Shown here piece by piece: positions 11,361-21,193 of a DNA stretch of 64,000 bases (position 1 is its first letter; each line of letters starts with the position of its first letter). The DNA comes from an uncultured Chloroflexia bacterium (lineage in GTDB: Bacteria; Chloroflexota; Limnocylindria; Limnocylindrales; CSP1-4): contig CAWBMD010000002.1 of the NCBI GenBank assembly GCA_963789865.1, positions 322,543 through 386,542 on the forward strand, written 5' to 3'. The translations under genes and the position numbers were made by a program. The notes beneath the pieces were generated by a model that saw nothing but the letters and a program-made list of their open reading frames with translations, made no database searches and had not been told where the DNA came from.

Positions 11361-12055
11361 TCAGTCCGGCACCAACACCGCCGAATCGGCGGCCCGACGG
11401 TGGGCCCCCCGCAGGGCGTCGGTCGCCGCAGCCAGGGCGAGCAGCAACCCCGACCGTGAACAGCGGCCATGGATACCAACCCGGGGAGCCCGCCCCCGAC
11501 CAGGCGCCCGGCGTCGATCGTCCAGGACAGGACCACGACGATCCCGCCGGCAAGGCCCGCGACCCAGTGCCATCGAGAGAGGGCCAGCCGCCGCCCTGAG
11601 CGCACCGTCCGGGCCGCGGCGAGCCCGACGCCGACCAGCGCCAGGCTCACGAGAACCGGCGACCACACCGGGCCGACCCACGGCACCGGGATCAGGAACA
11701 GCAGGTCCGTCGTGCCCAGTGAAGGCGGCCAGCCGCTGAACACGTTGAGCCACGCGTAGTAGCCGATGTCCCACGCGCCGAAGACGACGGCGCTCCACGC
11801 GAGCCGCTCAACCCACGTACGACCGGCGAGCGTGCCGACCGCCGCGATCATCACGAGCGTCGCCGCCTCCCGGCCCACCTCGATCGCGACGAGGTCGCCC
11901 GCCTCGATCGCCGGGCGGAGCGGGAAGATCGCCCCGACCTGCCCGCCGAGCGCGAGCTGCAGGTAGACGACCACTGCCGACTCCAGGTAGGCCATCGCGA
12001 CCGCATATGCGAGCACGACGACTGCGGTCGTCCGGAACGAGAGGTTGGCGCCCAT
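11361..12055 (-). CDS. polytopic membrane protein of unknown function (frameshifted near the 3' end)
   Basis: ATG at 12055. Hydrophobic helices TTAVVVLAYAVAMAYL, AATLVMIAAVGTLAG, WSAVVFGAWDIGYYAWL and VLVSLALVGVGLAAA. The tail WYPWPLFTVGV / LLLALAAAT lies in other frames. Confidence 0.5.
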
Positions 12056-12183
12056 GCGTGTAACGCTAGCATCAGGCCCTCGGTCCCCCCGGAGGGGCTC
12101 TCGGCTGCTGCAACGGCCGGCCACGCGGTTGTCAGGGTGTTCTCACGGCCGTCGGTCATGCTGTATCCCCCAAGGGAGGATCG

Positions 12184-13270
12184 ATGGACCATCCTGAGCC
12201 CGACACGCAGCCATCGGCGGACGCGGCGTGGTCCCGAGCCGATACCCAGGCGTTTGCTCCACCTGCGCAGCCCCCGGCCGCCGCGCGGCCCGAGTTCGAG
12301 CCCGCCAGCCCGGAGCGATGGGCGCTGCCACCGGCCACACCGCCCGAAACGCGACATGACGCCGGTCGCCCTGAGCCCCGGATCGCGAGGCTGGTCGTGC
12401 TCACCGCCGCGGTGAGCGCCGTCCTCGCGTCCGCCATGAGCTTCGCGTTGTTCAGGTGGACCACACCGACGATGGTCGTCGCCGATCCGGCGACCAGTCC
12501 GTCCGCCGTCGCGGCAGTCGCCCGACCATCGCGCCCACGCCACCATCGCGCCCACGCCCACCATCGCGCCCACGCCCACCATCGCGCCCACGCCCACCAT
12601 CGCGCCCACGACGCAGGTCCCATCGAGCCCTCCGGGCTCGAGCACCCCGATCGGCGGCGATTCGGTCGTGGCCGCGGTCGCCAGGGCCATCCCGACGGTC
12701 GTCACGATCACGACCGAGACCGGCACGGGGCGCCGCGCCGGCACCGGGGTTGGATCGGGGTTCCTCTTCGACGGCGGCGGCTGGATCCTGACCAATGCCC
12801 ACGTTGTCGACGGGGCGACCGCCATCAGCGTCGCGCTCGCCGACGGTCGCGATCTTCCGGGCCAGGTCGTCGGTATCTCGAGCATCACCGATCTGGCCGT
12901 CGTGAAGGTCGACGCGTCCGGGCTGCCGGCCCTCGCAATCGGTGATTCGAAAGGCCTTGCCGTCGGCCAGGCGGTCATCGCCATCGGCAGCCCACTCGGC
13001 GAGTTCCCGGACTCGGTCACCACTGGGGTCGTCTCGGGCCTGAACCGGTCCATCACGATCCGTCGGGGCGAGGGCCTCGACGGGCTGATCCAGACCGATG
13101 CCGCCATCAACCCCGGCAACAGTGGTGGTCCGCTCCTCGACATGGCCGGGCGGGTGATCGGGATCGACACCGCCACGAGCGATGGAGCCCAGGGGGTTTC
13201 CTTCGCCATCCCCATCGAGGCGGCGCGCTCCATCATGGCCGACGCCTTGGCTGGCAAGCCGATCCCCTGA
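12184..13270 (+). CDS. membrane-anchored S1C (HtrA/DegP-like) trypsin-type serine protease without an obvious PDZ domain; frameshift(s) inside a repeat linker
   Basis: TM IARLVVLTAAVSAVLASAMSFALF. Triad contexts TNAHVV, DLAVVKV and NPGNSGGPLLD. The catalytic part is an intact ORF (12668-13270). Confidence 0.75.
12525..12610. repeat. 18-bp tandem repeat (about 4.8 units) encoding (TIAPTP)n in the protease linker
   Basis: accatcgcgcccacgccc is repeated head to tail. The first unit is 17 nt (one C short), which shifts the frame. Confidence 0.85.
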
Positions 13271-13308
13271 CGGGCGCCGGAACCGGGAAGCTGGAGTAGC
13301 CTCGGACG

Positions 13309-13743
13309 ATGACGCACGAGTACACGCTCCTGGTCGGTGGGGTCGTGATCACTGGCGGCGGCAGGCCGGACGCCGCCGCGGTCGCGTGGGCGGAGGACAC
13401 CATCCTGGCGATCGGCAGCGACGAGGACGTTCGCGCGATCTCGCGGGGCGATTCCCAGCTGGTCGAGCTGTGGGGGGCATTCGTCGTGGCGCTGGACGCC
13501 GAATTGGAGGCTGGCTGGACTTCCGCCGGGTCGCTGGACGTGGGGGGCCCCGCGGACCTGGTGGTGCTCCCGTGCGATCCGCGACTGCCGACGGGCGATG
13601 GCCTGGAGGCGCAGGCCGTCGAGCCGCTGGCGCTGGTCCGTGGCGGCCGGGTCGTGGCCGGGTCGTTGCCCGGCGCTCACGAGCACGGACACGCCAGGGA
13701 TCGCGACGGCGACGCCGGGCATCAGGCGGCGACGCCAGGCTGA
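13309..13743 (+). CDS. amidohydrolase-like mini-protein or remnant (beta-sandwich N- and C-terminal segments only, no TIM barrel)
   Basis: YTLLVGGVVITGGGRPDAAAVAWAEDTILAIGSDEDV...LVELWGAFVV runs directly into GSLDVGGPADLVVLPCDP...ALVRGGRVV. Confidence 0.4.
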   Translation: MTHEYTLLVGGVVITGGGRPDAAAVAWAEDTILAIGSDEDVRAISRGDSQLVELWGAFVVALDAELEAGWTSAGSLDVGGPADLVVLPCDPRLPTGDGLEAQAVEPLALVRGGRVVAGSLPGAHEHGHARDRDGDAGHQAATPG

Positions 13744-13868
13744 CCCGGCGCCACCGCATCCTGTCCCTCAAACGCGACACAGTATCCGCGGCGCTGGCGG
13801 GTGGCGGGTTGAGCCGCGCCGGCGTGCAGGGCGGGACGGGCCCCGAGGCTGCGCTGCTCGGGTACACC

Positions 13869-13988
13869 ATGCCGACGCTGTTCGGTGGCAAGCCCCGGAT
13901 CAACTTCGCGAAGGTCGTCATCCCCAACGTGGCCGCGTCGAAGGGCGTCATCCACGACATCTATTCGGTGCTCGTCCCGCTCCGGTAG
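13869..13988 (+). pseudogene. possible C-terminal fragment of a fasciclin (FAS1) domain
   Basis: The peptide MPTLFGGKPRINFAKVVIPNVAASKGVIHDIYSVLVPLR resembles the FAS1 C-terminal NGvIHvId.VL.P motif. No upstream remainder of the domain is visible. Confidence 0.25.
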
Positions 13989-14077
13989 CACGACGCGGCC
14001 CCGTGCCGCGGCCACGACCGGTCGCCCCGCTGACACCCCCATGTCGCCCCCCATTGCGGTCCAAGGCCGGAGGGCTC

Positions 14078-14782
14078 ATGCTCCCCGGGTCCATGTCCGA
14101 CCCCGCCACGCCCCTGCGACTCCTCATCGTCGATGACCACGAGGTGGTGCGGCGGGGGCTCGTCGACTACCTCGATCGCCGACCGCAGTTCCAGGTCGTC
14201 GCCGAGGCGGGGACGTGTGCCGAGGCCGTGGCCCAGGCGCGGCGGTTCCTCCCGGACATCGTGCTGCTTGATATCCAGCTCCCCGACGCGTCGGGGATCG
14301 AGGCCTGCCGCCTGCTGCGCGACGAGCTCCCTGCCGTCCTGGTCGTGTTCCTGACGAGCTCGCCCGACGAGCACGACGTGTTCTCGGCGGTCGTCGCAGG
14401 TGCGCGCGGCTACGTCCTCAAGCAGTCGCGGTCCGCGGAGCTCGTCCGAACGCTGGAGGCGGTCGGGCGGGGTGAGTCACTCTTCGACACCGGCGTCACC
14501 GGCATGGTCCTTGAGCGCGTGCGGCGCATCGCGAGCGGGGCCGACGTGGACGACTCGGTGGCCCTCACGGCGCGGGAACGGGAGGTCCTGCCGCTCATCG
14601 CCACCGGCATGACGAACCGCGAGATCGCCGCGGCGGTCTTCCTGTCGGACAAGACCGTGAAGAACTACGTCAGCTCGATCCTTGCGAAGCTGGGCCTGAG
14701 CCACCGCGCCCAGGTCCCCGCGTACTTCGCCAGCCACGACCCCCTGCCGGCGACCCCGCGGCGCACGACCAACCGACGTTGA
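14078..14782 (+). CDS. NarL/LuxR-family two-component response regulator
   Basis: Intact. Pieces LRLLIVDDHEVVRRGL, phospho-acceptor context IVLLDIQLPD, and HTH LTAREREVLPLIATGMTNREIAAAVFLSDKTVKNYVSSILAKLG. Alternative ATG at 14093. Confidence 0.85.
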   Translation: MLPGSMSDPATPLRLLIVDDHEVVRRGLVDYLDRRPQFQVVAEAGTCAEAVAQARRFLPDIVLLDIQLPDASGIEACRLLRDELPAVLVVFLTSSPDEHDVFSAVVAGARGYVLKQSRSAELVRTLEAVGRGESLFDTGVTGMVLERVRRIASGADVDDSVALTAREREVLPLIATGMTNREIAAAVFLSDKTVKNYVSSILAKLGLSHRAQVPAYFASHDPLPATPRRTTNRR

Positions 14783-14916
14783 GGTCCACGGGGTCCGGAC
14801 TGGCCGTCGGTGGCCGGCCAGATGCGGCCCCACGCGTTGCGGACTACCCTTGACGTGACTCCGCGTTCCGTCCCGGCCGCTGGCCCGACCTCGAGGAGCT
14901 AGCCGAGGATCGGCCA

Positions 14917-15387
14917 ATGGGCGACGAGACCAGGCTCCTGCCTGCCGGGACCGAGCTCCGGCGAACCATCCGGATGGCCCGGCGGCTCAATGCCCCGCCC
15001 GAGCGCGTCTCCCGTGCGTGGAGCGATCCGGAGGAGCTCGCTCGCTGGCTGCCGGACCAGGTCGAGGGCGCGCTCGCCGAGGACGCCCGGACCGTGCTCG
15101 TCTGGCGCGACCGCCGCGTCTGGTGGGACGTGATCGAGGTGACGGCAGGACGGGTGTTCGCCTTCCGCCGGCCATGGCTCCCGGACGAGAGCGTGGTAAC
15201 GACCATCCGGGTCACGATCACGCCGTCCGGGTACGGGACGCGGATCCGGCTCGAGGACGGCCCGTTCCAGCTGGACCAGCCCGGGGGCATCGATGCCTGG
15301 GCCGAGGCGCTCCAGACGTGGAGCGAGGCGATCGCCATGCTCCGCGCCTACCTCGACTTCAGCGTCGACATCCGGCCGAGGCAATAG
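14917..15387 (+). CDS. SRPBCC / AHSA1-like domain protein
   Basis: Intact ORF. Pieces RLNAPPERVSRAWSDPEELARW and VVTTIRVTITPSGYGTRIRLE. Confidence 0.8.
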   Translation: MGDETRLLPAGTELRRTIRMARRLNAPPERVSRAWSDPEELARWLPDQVEGALAEDARTVLVWRDRRVWWDVIEVTAGRVFAFRRPWLPDESVVTTIRVTITPSGYGTRIRLEDGPFQLDQPGGIDAWAEALQTWSEAIAMLRAYLDFSVDIRPRQ

Positions 15388-15570
15388 GCGGAGGCAACGG
15401 CCAGGCGCCCGCGACCTGGTGCCGGTGCTGATCGGATCCCTCGCGAACCTGCCCGCCCGCCGGCTGACATCGTCCGGCGGACGGCAGACAGCCTTGGCCG
15501 CGCCCGTCCGTTCGCCGTGCCCGGCGGGCGACGTTGCATCCCGGCCCCGGGTCAATCAGACTCCGGCGAC

Positions 15571-16071
15571 ATGAATGTCAGCGTCCTCGTCCCCGCGATC
15601 GTGGGTGCGATCTGCGGCGCCCTCGGCTGGCTGATGGTCGGCCTCTACATGACCGGGCGCCAGAACGATCGCGTGGCGAAGAACGCCGGCCGGGCGGTGT
15701 ACTTCGAGCTGGTGATGAACCGCCTCAGCGTGGAGGTCGCCCTCGAGTACGGTGCCTTCGCGCCACTCGGACGATCGTCGTTCGACCGCCTCCTCCCGGA
15801 GCTCGCGACGTGGCTGGCGCCCGAGGAGCTCCAGACGATCGTGGCCGCCTACATGAGCCACGTCGGCTACGGCCAGGCGGAGGAGGACCAACAGCTTCCG
15901 GACGATGTCCGGCACCAGGCGCTGTCGGGGATCCTCGGGGCCCAGGAACGGGCCCTCTCGCTCCTGCGGGGCCGGGTGTTCACGGACGACGAAGCACGGA
16001 GGATGGACGCAGCCCAGTCGGTCGATACGTCCGGCCCGGTACATGACGATCGCGAGCAGACGGGAGGGTGA
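15571..16071 (+). CDS. hypothetical protein with an N-terminal TM helix
   Basis: ATG at 15571. Begins MNVSVLVPAIVGAICGALGWLMVGLYM. The stop overlaps the next start (GTGA at 16068-16071). Confidence 0.5.
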   Translation: MNVSVLVPAIVGAICGALGWLMVGLYMTGRQNDRVAKNAGRAVYFELVMNRLSVEVALEYGAFAPLGRSSFDRLLPELATWLAPEELQTIVAAYMSHVGYGQAEEDQQLPDDVRHQALSGILGAQERALSLLRGRVFTDDEARRMDAAQSVDTSGPVHDDREQTGG

Positions 16072-16535
16072 CGATGCCTGTCGACCACCAGGCGCTGGCC
16101 GAGCGGTATGCGAGGGCGCTGGCAAGCGGTGACTACAAGGTCATCGACGAGGTCTTCACCGAGGACTTCGTCGACGAGTATCCGCAGTCCGGCGAGATCA
16201 TCCGTGGGCGCAGCAACCTCCGGGCGATGATGGAGCACCGGCCGGGCCTGACGCCCGACACCGGGCCAGACATCTCCTCGGTTCGGGCCCAGGCGAGCGA
16301 CGAGCACAGGGTGCTGGCGCCGCTGTTCACCGTCGTCAGGGTCCAGGGTCGTGGCGACGCCGGCACGACGTGGCTGAGGTCCCGCTACCCGGACGGTTCC
16401 TGGTGGTGGATGATCGTCGTCTACGAGCTGCGCGACGGCCGGATCGCCCGGTCCACCAGCTTCTTCGCGCCCCAGTTCGAGGCGCCCGCCTGGCGAGCCC
16501 CGTTCGTCGAGCAGCGGGCGTCCCCGGAAGGCTGA
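16068..16535 (+). CDS. SnoaL/NTF2-like fold protein
   Basis: Intact. Pieces LAERYARALASGDYKVIDEVFTEDFVDEYPQSGE and WWWMIVVYELRDGRIARSTSFF. Confidence 0.75.
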   Translation: MTMPVDHQALAERYARALASGDYKVIDEVFTEDFVDEYPQSGEIIRGRSNLRAMMEHRPGLTPDTGPDISSVRAQASDEHRVLAPLFTVVRVQGRGDAGTTWLRSRYPDGSWWWMIVVYELRDGRIARSTSFFAPQFEAPAWRAPFVEQRASPEG

Positions 16536-16561
16536 CCGCCGGCCTGCGCCCAGGACCTCGG

Positions 16562-17745
16562 TCAGCCGATGATCAGCAGCGGCTGAAGCCCGGACAGGAC
16601 CCCGCCCGGCTTCGGCTTCGCGAGGTCGGGCTCGGGGCCCCGGCCCTCGTCACGCTCCGCGAGCGCGGCGTCCAGCTGGGCGACGAGACTCGGGCAGGCT
16701 CGCACCGGAGGGCCGCCCCGTACGCCGGTCCCGATCTCCTTCATGAGCGCCTGCTCGCGTCGGGTCTTCGGCGCCGCGAACCGGAAGTGGATCGTGGTGC
16801 CAGCGGTGCCGCGGCTCCAGCTCGATCGTGTGGAGCGCCTTCACCGGCCCGCCCGGGGTGTCGAGGATCGTCCGGTCCGTGACGTAGTCGTACGGACGCC
16901 AGTCGAGGATCTCCTCGACGACGGCGTCCTTGCCGTGCCGGCAGTGATTCGCCGAGCCGAGCCCGCGCCGTCCCCCGGGCGCTCCCTTGATCGTGACCTC
17001 CGTCACCCAGGGCTGCCACGTCATCCGCTGCCCGGGCTTGGTGAGGAACTCCCAGGCGACCTGCGGCGGCACCCTCGTGGGCACCGAGACGATGAGGACG
17101 GATTCCTCCGGGGAGACGAAGACGCGACCGCGAGCCTCCTCCTCCCGCCAGCGGCGCTCGAGGTCGTGCACCCAGGCCGGCACGTCGCCGATCCGTTCGT
17201 AGGTCTCGACGTGCTCGCGCATGCCGAGCGCGGCCGGGTCGATGTCGGATGCATCGATGCACTGCTGGCTGATCAGCGCGTAGGCGTCGATACCCAGCCG
17301 CTCGACCACCTCGTTCTTCAGCAGCCGGTGCGCGACGATCACGTCGGACCCGAGCAGCTCCTGGCGTCCCGCGACCGTCTGATGGATCGCGGCGCCGTGA
17401 TGGACCACGAACTTGAGGTCGAGGTCCGGGATCCGGCTGCACGCGTTGCACTCGCACGACGTCGCCTGGCGGACGTCGCGACGGCGCCGGCGGAACCCGA
17501 AGTAGCAGCGCTCGATCGTGTCGAGGAGCATCGACCCGTCGATCCTCTCGACCGTCGCGAAGGTGAACGCGGCGTCGCCCTCCAGCTTGGCCAGCCGGAA
17601 GTTGGGCCGGAGGGCCGTGACGACGGCGCCGATGAGGTCCGCGAGGATGTCCTGCGCATGGTCCAGCTCGACGTCGGCGAGGTAGCCGGTGTACCCGGAG
17701 ATGTCGGCGATCAGGAAGCAGGTGGGTTGCGCGGCCGAGAGCATC
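16562..17745 (-). CDS. DUF2652 (cyclase-like) domain fused to an SRPBCC ligand-binding domain (1 frameshift near the 3' end)
   Basis: ATG at 17745. Pieces CFLIADISGYTGYL, LAKLEGDAAFTF, SCECNACSRIPDLDLKFVVHHGAAIHQTVAGRQELLGSDVIVAHRLLKN, then VPPQVAWEFLTKPGQRMTWQPWV. The tail MKEIGTGV... lies in another frame. Confidence 0.7.
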
Positions 17746-17972
17746 GTTCCTCGCCGGAGCGGGAGAAGCGACAGGCGCACTATACGGCGGGGCTCCGATG
17801 CCATCACCGCGTCGGCCACCCGATCGATCCGGAACGCGGCCGCCGCGGCCGTGACCCGGCGCGAGCCTGCGGACGCCCGGGCGCGCTCGGAGTAGTCTCC
17901 TCGGGCCGGCGGACCCGTTCGAAGGTCGGGTCGTCCCACCCACCTGCGCCCGTCGACCGCGAGGAGTCCCAC

Positions 17973-19328
17973 GTGCGCTACGACTTCGTGATCATCGGCG
18001 CCGGCCCGGCCGGCGAGGCGGCCGCCTACCTCGCGCGCTCGCGCGGCGCCAGCGTCGCCGTCGTCGACCGCGACCTGTTCGGCGGGTCGTGCCCGCACTG
18101 GGGTTGCGTGCCGTCGAAGTCGCTGCTCAACGCGGCCGCGCTCCACGCGGCCGGGCGGCGACTACCCGTGGCGGCGGGCGTCCGACCGGCGCGACTACAT
18201 GATCAACCGGGTCGATCGCGACTACCCCGACGACACGGGACACGTGCGCGGCCTGCGCGACGCGGGCGCCGACACGTTCCGCGGGCGAGGGTCGTCTCGA
18301 CGGCCCGGGACGCGTGGTCGTGCGGCACGAGGACGCGTGAGCACGTGCTCGAGGCGCGCACGTCGTGCTCGCGGTCGGCTCCGAGACGAAGATGCCGCCG
18401 ATCGAGGGCATCGACGCGATCCGCACCTGGACGCAACCGGGACGCGACGGCCGCCCGCGAGCTGCCGGCGAGCCTCCTGGTGCTCGGCGGCGGCCCCACG
18501 GGCGTCGAGCTCGCCCAGGTCTACGCGCGGTTCGGCGTCCCGGTGACGATCGTGCAGTCCGGCGCGCGCCTGATCCCGACCGATCACCCGCGCAACTCCG
18601 ACGGCCGCGCTCCGCGCCATGCGAGCGCGACGGCGTCGACGTCCGCCTGGGTGTCCGCGCCGTCCGCGCCCGGCCGGCCGGGGACGCCTGCTCAGCCCGA
18701 CATGATCGAGCTCGACGACGGGAGCACCGCCGCCGGCCATGCCGTGCTGCTCGCGGTGGGGCGCACGATCCCGCTCGGGGGGCTCGGGCTCGAGACGGTC
18801 GGCCTCGAGGCCGGCAGCATCCCGCGCGACGGGCGGCTGCGCCTGCAGGACGGCCTCTATCTCGTCGGCGACTGCGCCGGGCCCGAGCTCCACACCCACC
18901 AGGCGCACTACCAGGGCGAGATCGCGGTCAGGATGGCGCTGGGCGACGACGTCGTTCCCGACTACCGCGCGCTGCCCCGGGCGACGTACACGGACCCGGA
19001 GCTGGCGTCGGTCGGGGTGACGCTCGACGAGGCGAGGGCGGCGGGCCTGGACGCGTTCGAGGCGGTGGCCGACTTCCCGACGACGGCAAAGGGCTACTCG
19101 GTCGAGGCGGACTTCGGCCACGTGACGATCGTCGTCGACCGTGGCAGCGGACAGCTCGTCGGGGCCGCGATGGCCACGCCGGACGCCTCCGCCGCGATCC
19201 ACGAATGCGTGCTCGCGATCAAGGCGCGCGTCCCGGTCGCCGTCCTCGCCGAGACGATCCACGCATTCCCGTCGACGTCGCGGATCCTCAACGGGCTGTT
19301 CGCCGAGGCCGGCGCGAACCTCGGGTGA
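17973..19328 (+). CDS. class I pyridine nucleotide-disulfide oxidoreductase (dihydrolipoamide dehydrogenase / mercuric reductase-like), 3-4 frameshifts
   Basis: GAGGAG then GTG at 17973. Pieces YDFVIIGAGPAGEAAAY, redox-active GGSCPHWGCVPSK, LLVLGGGPTGVELAQVY, LYLVGDC, and dimerisation domain PRATYTDPELASVG...IHAFPSTS. Confidence 0.7.
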   Translation: MRYDFVIIGAGPAGEAAAYLARSRGASVAVVDRDLFGGSCPHWGCVPSKSLLNAAALHAAGRRLPVAAGVRPARLHDQPGRSRLPRRHGTRARPARRGRRHVPRARVVSTARDAWSCGTRTREHVLEARTSCSRSAPRRRCRRSRASTRSAPGRNRDATAARELPASLLVLGGGPTGVELAQVYARFGVPVTIVQSGARLIPTDHPRNSDGRAPRHASATASTSAWVSAPSAPGRPGTPAQPDMIELDDGSTAAGHAVLLAVGRTIPLGGLGLETVGLEAGSIPRDGRLRLQDGLYLVGDCAGPELHTHQAHYQGEIAVRMALGDDVVPDYRALPRATYTDPELASVGVTLDEARAAGLDAFEAVADFPTTAKGYSVEADFGHVTIVVDRGSGQLVGAAMATPDASAAIHECVLAIKARVPVAVLAETIHAFPSTSRILNGLFAEAGANLG

Positions 19329-19329
19329 C

Positions 19330-19368
19330 GGCGCGGGCGGCGCCGACTCGTGACGCCGCCCACGCGCC
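19330..19368. terminator. GC-rich hairpin between convergent genes (candidate bidirectional intrinsic terminator)
   Basis: ggcgcgggcggcg (19330-19342) pairs with cgccgcccacgcgcc (19354-19368): 13 bp with a 2-nt bulge and an 11-nt loop. No U-tract. Confidence 0.4.
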
Positions 19369-19376
19369 GATCGGAC

Positions 19377-20339
19377 CTACTTGGCGAGGCCCTTTGCCAC
19401 CAGCCATGCCTTGGCGACCACGGCGATGTCCTTGTTGTCCACGGACACCTGCTTGCCGAGGTCGGTGAGCGTGGTCGTGTCCATCGCCGCCGAGACGGCG
19501 TTGAGGATCGCCTCGAACCCCGCCTTGTCGGCCAGCTTGGCCAGGAGATCGTCCCGGACCAGCGGGGCGAGGTTCTCGGCCGGCTGGGTCTGCTTGTCGT
19601 CGGCGAGGACGACCCAGCCGTTCACCGCGATGTCGGGCTGCGTCGAGCAGAGCTCGCCGACGTCGATGGTCTTGCCCTTGAGGGCCTGCACCATCGGCGT
19701 GTCGCAGGCGGAGAGCTTGGTGGCGTTGCTCACGTCGATGCCGTAGGCGGTCTTCAGGGCCTGGGCGCAGACGGGATTGGTCGGGCAGTCGGTCGCCACG
19801 CCGAACTTGAGCTGGGTCTGGACCGCCGCGAGGTCGCTCATCTTCGCGAGCTTGAGCTGGTCCGCGGTCTCCTTGCGGACGACGAAGGCGTTCTGGTCCG
19901 CCGCCGGCGAGTAGTCCAGGACGGTGATCCCGCCACCCTTGTCGGCGAGGGCGGCCTGGAGCGCATTCTGGTTGGCCGCTGCGTCGCCGGTCTGCTTGCC
20001 GGGCTGGTAGTACGCCAGCCCGCTCCCGATGTACTCGGGCTTGAGGTCGATCTGGCCGCTCTCGAGGGCCGGGGCGGACACCTTGCGGGCGCCCATGCCG
20101 ATGCCGGTGCGGTCGACCTTGTAGCCGGCGGCTTCGAGAGCCTGCGCGTCGATCTCCGCCATCAGCTTGGCCTCGTAGAAGCCGTCGCTGCCGACCTTGA
20201 TCGTCGGGTCGCTGGCGCTCGCACCGCCGGGTGACGAGCCTGCTGCCGAAGGAGCGCTCGTGCTGCCCCCTCCCGTCGCGCAGGCGCTCACGAGCACCAG
20301 CAGCGACGCCCCGAGGGCGAGCGTGCGGGTCATCCGCAT
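19377..20339 (-). CDS. glycine betaine / osmoprotectant ABC transporter substrate-binding lipoprotein
   Basis: GGAGGA then ATG at 20339. Lipobox LVLVSACATGG. Pieces IKVGSDGFYEAKLMAE and DLKPEYIGS. Intact. Confidence 0.85.
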   Translation of the reverse strand: MRMTRTLALGASLLVLVSACATGGGSTSAPSAAGSSPGGASASDPTIKVGSDGFYEAKLMAEIDAQALEAAGYKVDRTGIGMGARKVSAPALESGQIDLKPEYIGSGLAYYQPGKQTGDAAANQNALQAALADKGGGITVLDYSPAADQNAFVVRKETADQLKLAKMSDLAAVQTQLKFGVATDCPTNPVCAQALKTAYGIDVSNATKLSACDTPMVQALKGKTIDVGELCSTQPDIAVNGWVVLADDKQTQPAENLAPLVRDDLLAKLADKAGFEAILNAVSAAMDTTTLTDLGKQVSVDNKDIAVVAKAWLVAKGLAK

Positions 20340-20445
20340 TGGGTTTTCCTCCATGCCGTTCTTCCCGGGCAGGGGCGCCCAGGGTCCGGCAACTCTAGCA
20401 GCGTGTCCGCCGATGGCCCCTGAGCGGACCTCCGCCCCGCCGCGC

Positions 20446-21193
20446 TCAGTCGTACGGAGCGGTGTCGGGCAGGGGCGGACCCGCGACTCCACGGACGCGG
20501 GCGCGGCTCGGGGCACCCGTCGACGCGGCGGACGCACGACGCTGGAGGCCGGCGAGCAGGCCTTCGGACGTCATCGCGAGCGCGGCCACGAGGACGACGC
20601 CACCGAACAGCATGCCGTCGTCGTTCTGGGCGATGCCGTCCACGATGAACCGGCCCAGGCCGCCCAGCGCGAACAGCGCCCCGAGCGTGACGGTCGCGAT
20701 CACCTGCACCGTGGACGAGCGGACACCGCCGAGGATCACCGCGAGGGACAGCGGGACCTCGACCCGCCGGAGGACCTGCGCCTCCGTGAGGCCCATCCCC
20801 CGGGCGGCCTGCACCACGTCGTCATCGACGCCGCGGATCCCCGCGTCGGCGTTCACGAGCACCGGCGGGATGGCGAGGACGACCATGGCGATGATCGTCG
20901 GGTACAGGGCGAACCCGTTGACCGGGTCGAACGCCTGGGTGATCGGCAGGACGAGCCCGATCAGCGCGAGCGACGGGACGGCGCGGCCGAAGTTCGCGAT
21001 GCCGACGGCGACCCCCGTCCCGCGCCGGGTGTGACCGACGTACGAGGCCGGCCGGGAGCGCGATCGCCAGCGCGATCAGGAGCGCGACGAGGGAGATCGC
21101 CACGTGCTCCTCGAAGCGCACGGGGATCCCGTTCGGTCCCGACCAGTTGGCGGGGTTCGTGAGCCATGCCACCGTCTCCGCGACGATGTTCAT
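20446..21193 (-). CDS. ABC transporter permease (osmoprotectant type), frameshifted
   Basis: Pieces MNIVAETVAWLTNPANW, GIANFGRAVPSLALIGL (other frame), and EAA-loop region DAGIRGVDDDVVQAARGMGLTEAQVLRRVEVPLSL. Confidence 0.7.

Noticed and set aside
12525-12610. His-rich (HHRAHA)n peptide, or a CRISPR-like array
   Set aside because: The His-rich reading is one of three frames of an 18-bp tandem repeat. The frame continuous with the protease domain gives (TIAPTP)n. The units are contiguous with no spacers, so this is not a CRISPR array.
11851-13722. 623-aa minus-strand ORF
   Set aside because: It is antisense to the HtrA-like protease and the membrane protein. It has no motifs, and the sense-strand genes are well supported.
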